Part shown: positions 46,433-55,638 of the stretch, in pieces | How positions within the stretch are numbered: the first letter of the stretch is position 1 | Layout of the letters: each line of letters begins with the position of its first letter | Assembly (NCBI GenBank): GCA_043813075.1 | Contig: JBDRLL010000010.1 | Coordinates: 110,037 to 174,036, forward strand | Reading direction: 5' to 3' | DNA: 64,000 nucleotides | Source of the DNA: Candidatus Altiarchaeota archaeon | GTDB taxonomy: Archaea; Altiarchaeota; Altiarchaeia; IMC4; SCGC-AAA252-I15 | The notes under the pieces: model-generated | The model's database searches: none | What the model was told of the DNA's origin: nothing | What the model saw: only the letters and a program-made list of their open reading frames with translations | Program-made: the position numbers and the translations under genes

Positions 46433-47017
46433 TCATCCCTTCCTGCTGAAGTCCACCTTCGGAACTCCCTTCGCGGCCTCCTCAACCTCAAAGTAGTCCC
46501 TGTCCACGAATCTGAACACCCCAGCTATGATGTTGTTGGGGAAGCTCTGCCTCTTGGTGTCGTAGTTCAGCACCGAGTCGTTGTAGAACTGCCTCGCGTA
46601 CGCGATCTTGTTTTCCGTTGTAGTGAGCTCCTCCTGCATCTTCATGAAGTTCTGGTTGGCCTGCAGTTGCGGGTAATTCTCAGCCACAGCGAACAGGCTC
46701 TTCAAGGCTCCCGTAAGCAGGTTGTCTGCCGTCGCCTTGTCCTTCACGCTCTTGGCGTTAGCCATCGCGGCTCTCGCCGCAGTGACGTTCTCGAACGTCT
46801 CCTTCTCATGGGCTGCGTATCCCTTCACCGTCTCGATGAGGTTGGGTATCAAGTCGTTCCTCCTCCTCAGTTGGACGTCTATCTGGCTCCACGCGTTCTC
46901 GCACCTGTTCCTCGACTGGACGAGGCCGTTGTACACCAGTATGAGTGCGAGCACCATCATCCCGCAGAATCCGATTATAACCAATAATAATAGTCCTATT
47001 ATTCCTATGCCTATCAT
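46433..47017 (-). CDS. lemA: LemA family protein
   Basis: 194 aa. N-terminal TM segment, [32 protein letters not shown] and [13 protein letters not shown] are classic LemA motifs. Confidence 0.85.
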   Translation of the reverse strand: MIGIGIIGLLLLVIIGFCGMMVLALILVYNGLVQSRNRCENAWSQIDVQLRRRNDLIPNLIETVKGYAAHEKETFENVTAARAAMANAKSVKDKATADNLLTGALKSLFAVAENYPQLQANQNFMKMQEELTTTENKIAYARQFYNDSVLNYDTKRQSFPNNIIAGVFRFVDRDYFEVEEAAKGVPKVDFSRKG

Positions 47018-47059
47018 ATTACCACCTCCACAGATTATTACAAAAGGTTGTTATTAAAT

Positions 47060-49036
47060 CTATCCTGCCCCGCCTCCGCCGCCTCCGCCGCCTCCGCCTC
47101 CGCCTCCGCCGAAGCCGCCTCCGCCGGACGTGCTTGTGGCTGTGGCGAATGCGCTCGAGAAGCCGCCTACCGCGGAGCCGAAGGAGGATGCGCTGAAGCC
47201 CCTCCCGTATATCATGTTGGACTGGAATTCCTTGCCATAGTCCTTAAAGACTTCATCCATTACTTTCTGAACTATGTCCGCTACCCCCAGGGGTATCGAG
47301 TAGACGAGATACTTCTCCCATAATAATGTTGCGTCCGGCGGTATCTGCCTGAGGTTGCTGAAGTCTTCCATGAACTTCTTCAACCTCACCCACTTCTCAT
47401 AGTGGAGCGCCCCCTTCTCCGTCCTGTTTGGGAGGGCGTTGGGGAACACTATCGCGAGCGCGAATGCTTCCGCAAGGACAAGCACGAATGGAACCCATGA
47501 AAAGACGGCCGACAGGGCCATCACGATAATGGTCGCAATACCGAAGGGTTTGTAGCCGTTCTCTCTCGAGAAGAACCCCCTCTCCACCGCATCCTTTGAC
47601 ACCAAATCCTTCCAGTTGTTGAACCATTCCCGCGTCTGGTGCGGTCTTGACCTCAGGTAGTATTTAAGCTCCGTTAGTGTGACGATGTCTGGCGTGTTGT
47701 CCCTCACCCTCCTCTTGAATAGTCCCTCGAACCCGAAGTTCGCAGCCTTCCTGATTATCCTGAGCAAAAGCAGCTCGCTCTTAGGCAGGTTAGACCCGTC
47801 CTCACTTAGCAACCTTATCTCATAGTCTTCGCCGCCGAACAATCCCAGCGTCTTTTCCGTAGTAATCCTACTAATCCTAATGCTGCCTCTCAAGCACAAG
47901 TCCAAGAGTTCCGCGCCCATCATGCTCTGCCTCGGCTCCCTGCAGGTCTGGTGCATTAACGCATCGACTATCGCGGGACTGTAGTCGTAGGGCACCTCAC
48001 GCTCGTATATCGACTGGACCCCCACTTCAGGTTCTCTCCCGTAGATGTGCCATATTCCCGCGAAGGTTCCAGCCTCAAAAACCATGAATGCCACGGCATA
48101 TGTTATGTCGTCCGTGTTTATGCCGCTGACGTTGTTCACTAGCCCCACAATAACAAGCGAGACCAGTAATATCACCCCGAGTATAATCAGCTTACTCCAG
48201 ACTGCTGTCATCCTATTCCCCCAGGAAGGGTTCACTAATCTCAATATCGTAAGGACAATGCCTCCGAAGAATCCTATCCCCCATACCAGCAGGAATGATG
48301 GCAGGAAAATCCAGTTCATGAGCCAGTCGGTTTCAATGGGTGGCCTGTAGTCCTCCTCATCCCTTATTATCCCCTCTAGTCCCGGCCCGTTCCTGTTGAT
48401 GGCGTTCGTCGGGTTATCGAGCGCGTATCTCGGGAATACGGTCCGCACTTCTACCCAGCTTTTAGCCGGTATGTTGAACGTCTGGTAGATGACTTTCTGG
48501 TTGTCCACCATCATAATCCTCCCCTTCAGTTCAGGATGGCCCCACGTGTAGACTTCTTTCGAGTCCCCGACCTTCTCAGGAAGCATGACGTACCCTTCAA
48601 GGTCTTTTAAGGACTTGTCCCAGCCAGGCCCCCACATCTTCCAGTTGAGGTCGCACACGTCAGAATAGCATTCTATAGCATTCGTGAGCCTGTACTTGAT
48701 GGTGAACGTCTTAACCTGGCTGCTCGCACTGTAGTACCATCTGACCCTCTCGTATCCGCTGGCAGCGCTCAGCTCGTGCCTCAGCGGAGTGACACCATCG
48801 TAAACCTCTATGCCGCTAACACGCCAGACTCCCCTGTTGATGTCCCTGTACGCGTACGTGAAGGAGCCGCTGAACCTGAACGTGATGTTCTCCTCAACGT
48901 CTATGCTGCCGTCAGGGTTGACGTTCATTGCTATTAACGCCTTGTCCAAGTAATAGTCTTTCGCTGAGACTGGAAACGCTAGGAATAGGATAACGCCCAC
49001 GACAGCCAGTGTAAGCGCTATTCTTTTCATGCTCAC
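47060..49036 (-). CDS. DUF2207-like membrane protein with poly-Gly C-terminus
   Basis: 658 aa. Signal, then the KDYYLDKALIAMNVNPDGSIDVEENITF N-domain, multiple TM segments, and the C-terminal GGGGFGGGGGGGGGGGGGGAG. Pairing with LemA is common. Confidence 0.7.
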   Translation of the reverse strand: MSMKRIALTLAVVGVILFLAFPVSAKDYYLDKALIAMNVNPDGSIDVEENITFRFSGSFTYAYRDINRGVWRVSGIEVYDGVTPLRHELSAASGYERVRWYYSASSQVKTFTIKYRLTNAIECYSDVCDLNWKMWGPGWDKSLKDLEGYVMLPEKVGDSKEVYTWGHPELKGRIMMVDNQKVIYQTFNIPAKSWVEVRTVFPRYALDNPTNAINRNGPGLEGIIRDEEDYRPPIETDWLMNWIFLPSFLLVWGIGFFGGIVLTILRLVNPSWGNRMTAVWSKLIILGVILLVSLVIVGLVNNVSGINTDDITYAVAFMVFEAGTFAGIWHIYGREPEVGVQSIYEREVPYDYSPAIVDALMHQTCREPRQSMMGAELLDLCLRGSIRISRITTEKTLGLFGGEDYEIRLLSEDGSNLPKSELLLLRIIRKAANFGFEGLFKRRVRDNTPDIVTLTELKYYLRSRPHQTREWFNNWKDLVSKDAVERGFFSRENGYKPFGIATIIVMALSAVFSWVPFVLVLAEAFALAIVFPNALPNRTEKGALHYEKWVRLKKFMEDFSNLRQIPPDATLLWEKYLVYSIPLGVADIVQKVMDEVFKDYGKEFQSNMIYGRGFSASSFGSAVGGFSSAFATATSTSGGGGFGGGGGGGGGGGGGGAG

Positions 49037-49644
49037 TTCATGTTCTCGTACTTGACTACCTCACCTGTCTCAGCGTCCAGCTTAGTCTGGGCTGCCTCCT
49101 CTTCCTCCTCTGTCTCAGCCTCCCTCACAGCCTCCTCTGACTGGGCTTTTATGTCAGCCCTGACCAGTTCCTTGGAGTCGTTTATCCTAAAATACTTGTT
49201 GAACTTCGCGGTCGTCGTAAGTATCTTCGTGTGGCCTTCAGGCCTTCTCTCTATGAACTCCAGCTCCTCAAGCCGCTTCAAGTACACGTAAACCCTGTTG
49301 CCCCGTATCTTCACCACGTGCGACTGTTTGAGGGGCTGCTCGTAGGCTATCAACGCGAGGGTCTTCAGCATTGCCTTCGGCATGTCTGTCTCAGGTATCA
49401 GGTGAGTGACCTGGTCTTCCACGTCAGGCTTTATCCTCATGGCATAACTCTTCCCGGCCTTGAATACCTCTATCCCCCCGTCTCTCCTGGAGTATTCCCT
49501 AACAAGCTCGTCGGCAATCTCTCTGACAGCATTGACTTCAAGACCTCCGCATAATTCAGCGAGTTTTTCAGCGCTAAGGTTCTTCCCTGACACGAATAAT
49601 GCAGCCTCTATGAGTGCTTTCTCTGAAGCGGACATACTCATCAA
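49033..49644 (-). CDS. scpB: Segregation and condensation protein B
   Basis: EKALIEAALFVSGKNLSAEKLAELCG and a second winged-helix region. Confidence 0.75.
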   Translation of the reverse strand: MMSMSASEKALIEAALFVSGKNLSAEKLAELCGGLEVNAVREIADELVREYSRRDGGIEVFKAGKSYAMRIKPDVEDQVTHLIPETDMPKAMLKTLALIAYEQPLKQSHVVKIRGNRVYVYLKRLEELEFIERRPEGHTKILTTTAKFNKYFRINDSKELVRADIKAQSEEAVREAETEEEEEAAQTKLDAETGEVVKYENMK

Positions 49645-49667
49645 AAATATGAATCAAGGGTAATAAA

Positions 49668-49982
49668 TTACTCGACCCTGACTGCCGTCCCATAGGCAAG
49701 TATCTCGGCAGCGCCCTGCGTCACCTGGCTGGTCGTGAACCTCACGTTCACTACCGCGTTGGCCCCCAGCTTCTCAGCCTCATCTACCATGCGTTTCGTG
49801 GCCTCGTCCCTTGATTCGGTTATCATCTCCGTGTACTCCTTCAGTTCCCCCCCAAAAAGGTTCCTTATTCCCGCGATTATGTCCTTCCCGAACCATTTGG
49901 CCCTTATGGTGTTCCCCCTTACCAGTCCCAGGCATTCGACAATCTTTTTACCGTGTATCTGCTCCGTATTCACTAAAATCAT
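49668..49982 (-). CDS. YbjQ/UPF0145 family protein
   Basis: 104 aa. GLVRGNTIRAKWFGKDI...GANAVVNVRF is typical of UPF0145. Confidence 0.8.
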   Translation of the reverse strand: MILVNTEQIHGKKIVECLGLVRGNTIRAKWFGKDIIAGIRNLFGGELKEYTEMITESRDEATKRMVDEAEKLGANAVVNVRFTTSQVTQGAAEILAYGTAVRVE

Positions 49983-49985
49983 CTT

Positions 49986-51608
49986 TCAATCCTCCTTTGT
50001 TATCATCAACGGCGTCCTCGCTATGATGGCCGCCCCCAGTGCGAGTATTGCGGGTAGTGCTGGCAGGCAGCATAACCCCCCCTCACCATCATCATCCCCT
50101 CGCCCCTTCGTCGTGGGTTTTGGAGTGTCCAAGAGCTCGTCCATGTCGCGGGTTTTTTGTGTAGTGGTTGTGGCGGTTTCTACTGCCTTTTGCTTTGCTT
50201 TCATCTCAGCGTCTATCTCATCCTTCACTTCTTGAGGTATTGTCGTCGTGGTCGGTGGTTTTGGCACGTAGTTCCTGTTTATCTCATAGACTCTCACGTC
50301 GCCTATGTACTGGTTGCCCATTATAGTGTCCTGCTCCCAGTTCCACCCCACAACAACCTCCACGGCCCCGTCCAAGTCCAGGTCGCTGAAGCGTATCGCC
50401 ACAGCGTTAGCGTCACGCTCTTCATACGCCCTGCTGGAGCCCTGTATCTCTACAGTGTATCTCCAACTGCCCTTCAGTTTCCCGTTGTTGTCTAACACAT
50501 GGATGTACCTGCTGGTTCCGACTGCAACCTCCATCTTGCCGTCCCCGTCCAAGTCTGCAGATGATATGCTGTATATCGTTGAGGGAGTGTCTGACCCCCA
50601 GGACCATTTCTTGCCTCCTCTGCCGTCTAGTGCGATAACGTTCGAGCCTGAACCCACCAGGACCTCCCTGCTGCCGTCCCCGTCCACGTCTGCCGTATGG
50701 ACGCTTGAGACTAGGTTGCCTGTCTTGTAGCTCCACTCTTTAGCACCCTTGCTGTCGTATGATTCCACGCCGTTCTCGTATGTGCCGACTATGATGCTGT
50801 ATTTCCCTGGCTTCATCTCAGCTACTTCGACGACATTGCTTGTTAGTGCGGGCGTGTAGAGCCCTTTAGGTATGTTTGCCTCCCACATCTTCCCCCCCAT
50901 ATTGTCGATGCAGTAGATGTATGCGTCCAGGTATTTGCTGGAGACTGCTATGGTCTCCGCCTTACCGTCCCCGTTTATGTCCATGGATTTAACGTACTGG
51001 ACTTCGTACTTGCCTGTGTCATAGCTCCATAGTATGGGAGTCTTGTCTTTGGGGTTGTCTTTTATGACGCACACTTTTCTTGCCTTGGTGCCCATCACAA
51101 CGTTCTTGACGCCTGTCCCGTCTATGTCTGCCACGTCCACGCTGTGGGTGAAACCGCATTCCTTGTCGAAGTTCCAGTCGTCTATCGCATTGTCCTTTAT
51201 TACGTAGACGTATTCGGTCGGGGTTGATGATTTCTCCCGCTTAGACTCGATGGAGTTCATGACAATCTGGTTCCTACCGTCCCCGTCAAGGTCTGCCACA
51301 GCAAAGCTCTTAACATCTCCTGGAGTGTTGTACGACCATCCTCCGTTGTCAAGCACCTCCCAGTCTGTCGTGCAGTCAGCGCCCTTGTATATGTAGTTGT
51401 ATAGGATGCCGTTCTTGCTGGTTCCGACCAGTATGTTGGGCACCCCATCCTTGTCCACGTCAACGACCTGTATCAGGTTGATGAAATCGTCTGAAAGCGT
51501 TGAAACGCATGTTGGGTTAAGGTAACCGTCACCAGAGCCTTGTGAAACACCATTCTGAGCCAATATAAAAACAGCTAGCAGTCCGATAAAGTAAGATCCT
51601 TTATTCAT
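49986..51608 (-). CDS. Secreted FG-GAP (integrin-alpha-like) beta-propeller protein with C-terminal anchor
   Basis: 540 aa. Seven DxDxDG-type repeats (DVDKDGVPNILVGT, DLDGDGRNQIV, DIDGTGVKNVV, DINGDGKAETIAV, DVDGDGSREVLVGS, DLDGDGKMEVAVGT, DLDLDGAVEVVVG), Thr-rich linkers, and a C-terminal hydrophobic LCCLPALPAILALGAAIIA. Confidence 0.75.
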   Translation of the reverse strand: MNKGSYFIGLLAVFILAQNGVSQGSGDGYLNPTCVSTLSDDFINLIQVVDVDKDGVPNILVGTSKNGILYNYIYKGADCTTDWEVLDNGGWSYNTPGDVKSFAVADLDGDGRNQIVMNSIESKREKSSTPTEYVYVIKDNAIDDWNFDKECGFTHSVDVADIDGTGVKNVVMGTKARKVCVIKDNPKDKTPILWSYDTGKYEVQYVKSMDINGDGKAETIAVSSKYLDAYIYCIDNMGGKMWEANIPKGLYTPALTSNVVEVAEMKPGKYSIIVGTYENGVESYDSKGAKEWSYKTGNLVSSVHTADVDGDGSREVLVGSGSNVIALDGRGGKKWSWGSDTPSTIYSISSADLDGDGKMEVAVGTSRYIHVLDNNGKLKGSWRYTVEIQGSSRAYEERDANAVAIRFSDLDLDGAVEVVVGWNWEQDTIMGNQYIGDVRVYEINRNYVPKPPTTTTIPQEVKDEIDAEMKAKQKAVETATTTTQKTRDMDELLDTPKPTTKGRGDDDGEGGLCCLPALPAILALGAAIIARTPLMITKED

Positions 51609-51640
51609 GGTATAATATATGCCCTCCCTAAATAAAGCAC

Positions 51641-52219
51641 TTACATGCGGCTTGCAGTGAGGACGTACAGCTCCTCAAAGAAGAACCTCTTGCCTGCGAT
51701 CACCTGGCTCTTGAATCCTGTCTTACCGACCATCCCCCTGACGTAATCCAGGCCGTTAAGGCTGGAGACAAGCATCCTTATGTTGCCGCCTTCCTTCAGG
51801 AAGCTGCATGCCTCCACCACAAACCTCTCCAAAACTTCTACTCCGCCGGCTCCGCCGGACCACATCTCGCTCCCTTTCCCGTCGTCTACCGGCAGGTATG
51901 GTGGGTTGAACGTTATCAGATCGAACATTCCATCCACCCTGCTGAACAGGTCACTCTCACGGAACTCCGTGTTCTCAAAACCGTTCAAACCCGCGTTTAT
52001 ACTGGCCAGCCTGACGGCGTCTGGGTTTATGTCAACGCCTAGGACCCTCCCCGCCTTCCTGGCAGCCGATAATGCTATTATCCCTGTTCCAGTTCCCATG
52101 TCAAGCACTTCATCCCCCCGCTCGACATCAAGCTTCTCTGCCAGCAGGAAACTGTCTTCAGCAGGCTCGTAAACGCCTTCACCCGCCTCTATCCTCAGGT
52201 TTTGGAAATAAATAGTCAT
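51641..52219 (-). CDS. HemK/PrmC-type (Mtq2-like) N5-glutamine methyltransferase
   Basis: VLDMGTGTGIIAL SAM motif I and FNPPY catalytic motif. Confidence 0.8.
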   Translation of the reverse strand: MTIYFQNLRIEAGEGVYEPAEDSFLLAEKLDVERGDEVLDMGTGTGIIALSAARKAGRVLGVDINPDAVRLASINAGLNGFENTEFRESDLFSRVDGMFDLITFNPPYLPVDDGKGSEMWSGGAGGVEVLERFVVEACSFLKEGGNIRMLVSSLNGLDYVRGMVGKTGFKSQVIAGKRFFFEELYVLTASRM

Positions 52220-52233
52220 CTAGTGTATAACAT

Positions 52234-53079
52234 ATGGCGATGGATAGCTTATACGTGAGCCGGAATCTAAGGCTTGAGTCCACCAGCAGCCTCGGCGAGG
52301 CGGAATACGTCATCATTGGAATACCATTCGACTCTACCAGCACGAATAGGTCTGGCTCCAGGCACGCTCCCCTAGAGATTAGGCGGGAATTCCTGGGGCT
52401 GGAGAAGGAGGCTCCGGATTTAGGTGGTGGGAGCGTGTTTGACGTAAGCTTCTATGATGCAGGAGACGTTGACGTGGTCCCTGGTAATGCGGCAGAGACT
52501 CTGAGGAGGGTTGCGGAATCTGTCAGGGACCTGCGGGATGGTGGCGGCGACTTCAAGCCGATAGTCCTGGGCGGCGAGCACTTGATGACTCTTGGCGTAG
52601 TGAGGGCGTTGGGTGGGCAGGACTTCACAATCCTCAGCCTGGACGCGCACCTTGACTTGCGTGACGACTATATGGGGGAGAAACTCAACCACTCCACGGT
52701 GATGCGGAGGATAAGCGAGGAAGGGTTTGGCGTTAGGATATTGGGGGCCCGCAGCTTCAGCGCCGATGAAGCGGATTACGCAAAGTCCGCCGGAATCGAC
52801 TATTCTGGGGTGGCTGACTACGATCGGATACTCGAGGATGTTAAGGGCATGGGCGTTTACCTTTCCATAGACTTCGATGTTCTGGAGCCGCTCGCAGCTC
52901 CTGGAGTCGGGAATCCTGAGCCCGGCGGCATAGGGTTTAATAATCTCGAATGCGTAATAGACTACGTTAAGAGTAACTGCAGTGTGGTTGGCTTTGACTT
53001 CATGGAGGTTTCTCCGCCATTTGACAATGGTGTTACCGCCGTCTACGCTGCCAAGTCACTAATAAGGGCTTTGGTTTAA
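52234..53079 (+). CDS. speB: Agmatinase (ureohydrolase family)
   Basis: LGGEH, SLDAHLDLRDD, SIDFDVLEP and MEVSPP are Mn-ligand motifs of arginase/agmatinase enzymes. Confidence 0.85.
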   Translation: MAMDSLYVSRNLRLESTSSLGEAEYVIIGIPFDSTSTNRSGSRHAPLEIRREFLGLEKEAPDLGGGSVFDVSFYDAGDVDVVPGNAAETLRRVAESVRDLRDGGGDFKPIVLGGEHLMTLGVVRALGGQDFTILSLDAHLDLRDDYMGEKLNHSTVMRRISEEGFGVRILGARSFSADEADYAKSAGIDYSGVADYDRILEDVKGMGVYLSIDFDVLEPLAAPGVGNPEPGGIGFNNLECVIDYVKSNCSVVGFDFMEVSPPFDNGVTAVYAAKSLIRALV

Positions 53080-53080
53080 A

Positions 53081-53599
53081 ATGAAGGGGCATAAGGTCGC
53101 ATTGGGGGGGTCGTATTCCGGGAATACAGCGAAGCTTTTCAAGAGCCTCAGCAAGCATGGCGTCCTCCAGTTCAGCCTTGTCGGCAGGGAAGTCACCCTA
53201 CAGGTCAAGAGCGAGACCCTCGATGATGTTATAGCGTCTTTGAACAAGCTGGGCGTCGACAACATAAACATCCTTGAGTGGAAGAAGTACGGCACTACAG
53301 TAACCGCATCCGGGTCTGGAAGCGACAATGATGAGGTGGTGAACGTGTCTCTCATACCCTCCACCCTCGGCGAGGGTTTGCGCCAGCTTTCCACGCTACT
53401 GCGCGTCAAGATAGACGATAATGTCCGTGAAAGGCTTATACAGGAGATAGAGGAAACGCTCGTTAACGCGGGCGTCACCGACGTCTTGTACGTCCTCCAG
53501 GTGGACGGCGAGTCTAGCGAGGATGATTACGTTAACGCCGTCAGGGAGGCTTCACTCAACGCGCTATTCAATGCTGGCGGCATAATGGGCATAGAGTAG
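53081..53599 (+). CDS. Hypothetical protein, apparently translationally coupled to speB
   Basis: 172-aa ORF starting 2 nt after the speB stop. No recognised motif. Confidence 0.45.
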   Translation: MKGHKVALGGSYSGNTAKLFKSLSKHGVLQFSLVGREVTLQVKSETLDDVIASLNKLGVDNINILEWKKYGTTVTASGSGSDNDEVVNVSLIPSTLGEGLRQLSTLLRVKIDDNVRERLIQEIEETLVNAGVTDVLYVLQVDGESSEDDYVNAVREASLNALFNAGGIMGIE

Positions 53600-53602
53600 T
53601 GT

Positions 53603-55555
53603 TCACACTCCTGTCCTGAAGACTGCCAGCTCGTCGTCCATGTATGATGGATTCCCGAATGCCCTGTTAAAGTTGCCGACAACCTCCTTCTCGTTCTCCA
53701 GATGGTTCCTCTGGATGATGAAGTAGTCTATCCCGTATTTAGATGCGAAGTCCCTCGCGGTAAGGTTCCTCAATTCAAAGTCTATCACAGCCTGCATGCG
53801 CTCCACCCTATCAGGAAGCCTCGCGACGTTGCCACTGATGGTCTTCCTCCCGTGTATCGTCTGGTAGTATGGCGACATCTTACTTGGTATATGGTATACC
53901 ACAGTATCTCCCGGGTAGGATGCGATGTGCTCGTACTCCATATTGTAGTGCATTTCCACAATCGGGTATGGTGCTGCCATATACTCGAAGAGTATTAGTG
54001 CTGTGATAACAGCCAGCGCCCTCTCATCAATCTTCTTCTTGTCGATCATCCCCGCCATCGCGTACCCTGCGAGCACGATAACCGAGAGTGAGAGCATTAT
54101 AGCGTATCTCGCCGGCACCCGCGACATTGAAATCAACGGCAGTTCCATTATCAGCGAGTACGGGAGCGGCATGTTATCATCACTCAAATACGAGTACCCG
54201 TCCTCCTTCTTTACCAGGTGGATGCCGTAGACGTGCAGCACCGGCCCAAGAGACATTAATAGGAACACTATCGCAAGTATCGCCCACACACTCTTACTGT
54301 CTGTGACGTCCAGTATGTCGTGCAGCTTCTTCCCAGCCAGCTTCTCAGCCTTGAAGAGGGATAGGATGCTTAACGCAAGAATCACCCAGCCCACGTAGAC
54401 TACCTTCTCCGCCAGATAACCTGTGAAGCGCGCCTCTATACTCCTGAAGGTGTCTCCCATTACCGGGTGGTATGATGGTGGGGTCGCGAACGCAAGCAGG
54501 TCTGCTGAATGGACTACTGAAACAAGGTACCTGTCTCTCCTGGCGTAGGAGCCGTATTCCGATGCAATCATGTATATTAGCGGGCTGGTCAGCAGGATCG
54601 AAGCGAGCAGGAGCGTTTTAATATTCCCCACGAGCCTCCCGGATTTCAGAGCTGTCCTGCTATGGTATGCCTTATGGCCGACGACAATCAATGTTGTGAT
54701 TCCCAGCATCATCGCGTAAGTCAGCTCAGTGAACGCGGTGGCTGCGAAGAAGACTCCCGCTAGTATCCCATCCCTCCTGTCCCCCTTGTCTAATGACTTG
54801 AACAGGTGTAGTATGTAGAACGGCATCCACTGTGTCGAAACCAGGTTCAGGTGGCCGAGCATGTGGGCCATCCTGTAGGGTGTGAATGCGAATGCGATGC
54901 CGCACGCGAGTGCGACATCCTTCCTTGAAGTCAGGTGTTCCACCAGCTTGTATGTCCCGAGGCCGGACCATACGATGGCCAGCAGTATCATCGTATTGTA
55001 TGCTGTTATGAGGCCTAGTGTCGCCTGGACTGGTATGGACAGGACTCCCAGGATGAATGCGTAAGTGTCGAATACCAGTGATGTTCCCAGCGGGTGGAAT
55101 ATCCTGTCGCAGTAGAACGGGTTCTTGAGCCCTGTCACGCTCTCCTTAGCCCACCATAGGTTCCACATGAATTTGCTGGCATCCTGGTTGTCTCCAGGAA
55201 CATGGGTGGTGTAGTGGAATACCAGCGGGTATGTCATAACCAGTGCCAGCAGGGTGTATGTGACTGTTATCCTCAGCTCCTCCTTAAGCTCCTTCCTCCC
55301 GCCGATGAGCCTGTGGTATGCGGCCATAAATCCGATGGTGTATGCGCCGACAAGCGCGAGCGTTAGGATGCTGTTGTATGCTCCTTCAATGAGCGGCAGG
55401 CTGCTTACGCTAACCCCTCCCCACATAACGTAGTTGATGCTGTTCAACACTTTTTTGGTGGGGCTGCCGTACGCTACTATCACCAGTATTGCCAGCAGGA
55501 AACCCAGCTTAGTGAACCCCATATCCAGATTGTCTTTAACCTTCTTTCTCGGCAT
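53603..55555 (-). CDS. Large polytopic membrane protein, possibly GT-C-like
   Basis: 650 aa with more than 10 TM segments. The early loop GDNQDASKFMWNLWWAKESV is an acidic loop reminiscent of GT-C enzymes. The function is not established. Confidence 0.4.
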   Translation of the reverse strand: MPRKKVKDNLDMGFTKLGFLLAILVIVAYGSPTKKVLNSINYVMWGGVSVSSLPLIEGAYNSILTLALVGAYTIGFMAAYHRLIGGRKELKEELRITVTYTLLALVMTYPLVFHYTTHVPGDNQDASKFMWNLWWAKESVTGLKNPFYCDRIFHPLGTSLVFDTYAFILGVLSIPVQATLGLITAYNTMILLAIVWSGLGTYKLVEHLTSRKDVALACGIAFAFTPYRMAHMLGHLNLVSTQWMPFYILHLFKSLDKGDRRDGILAGVFFAATAFTELTYAMMLGITTLIVVGHKAYHSRTALKSGRLVGNIKTLLLASILLTSPLIYMIASEYGSYARRDRYLVSVVHSADLLAFATPPSYHPVMGDTFRSIEARFTGYLAEKVVYVGWVILALSILSLFKAEKLAGKKLHDILDVTDSKSVWAILAIVFLLMSLGPVLHVYGIHLVKKEDGYSYLSDDNMPLPYSLIMELPLISMSRVPARYAIMLSLSVIVLAGYAMAGMIDKKKIDERALAVITALILFEYMAAPYPIVEMHYNMEYEHIASYPGDTVVYHIPSKMSPYYQTIHGRKTISGNVARLPDRVERMQAVIDFELRNLTARDFASKYGIDYFIIQRNHLENEKEVVGNFNRAFGNPSYMDDELAVFRTGV

Positions 55556-55638
55556 CTATGAGTTATTGCACACGCCCTTTATTATTTTTCATCCGCACTC
55601 TCTAGCCTCTCTTTAACCAAAAAAACAAAATCTCAGAC

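Noticed and set aside
47063-47125. Short-period gcc/tcc repeat that looked like a microsatellite or array
   Set aside because: It is the in-frame poly-Gly C-terminus of the DUF2207-like protein, not a CRISPR or non-coding repeat.
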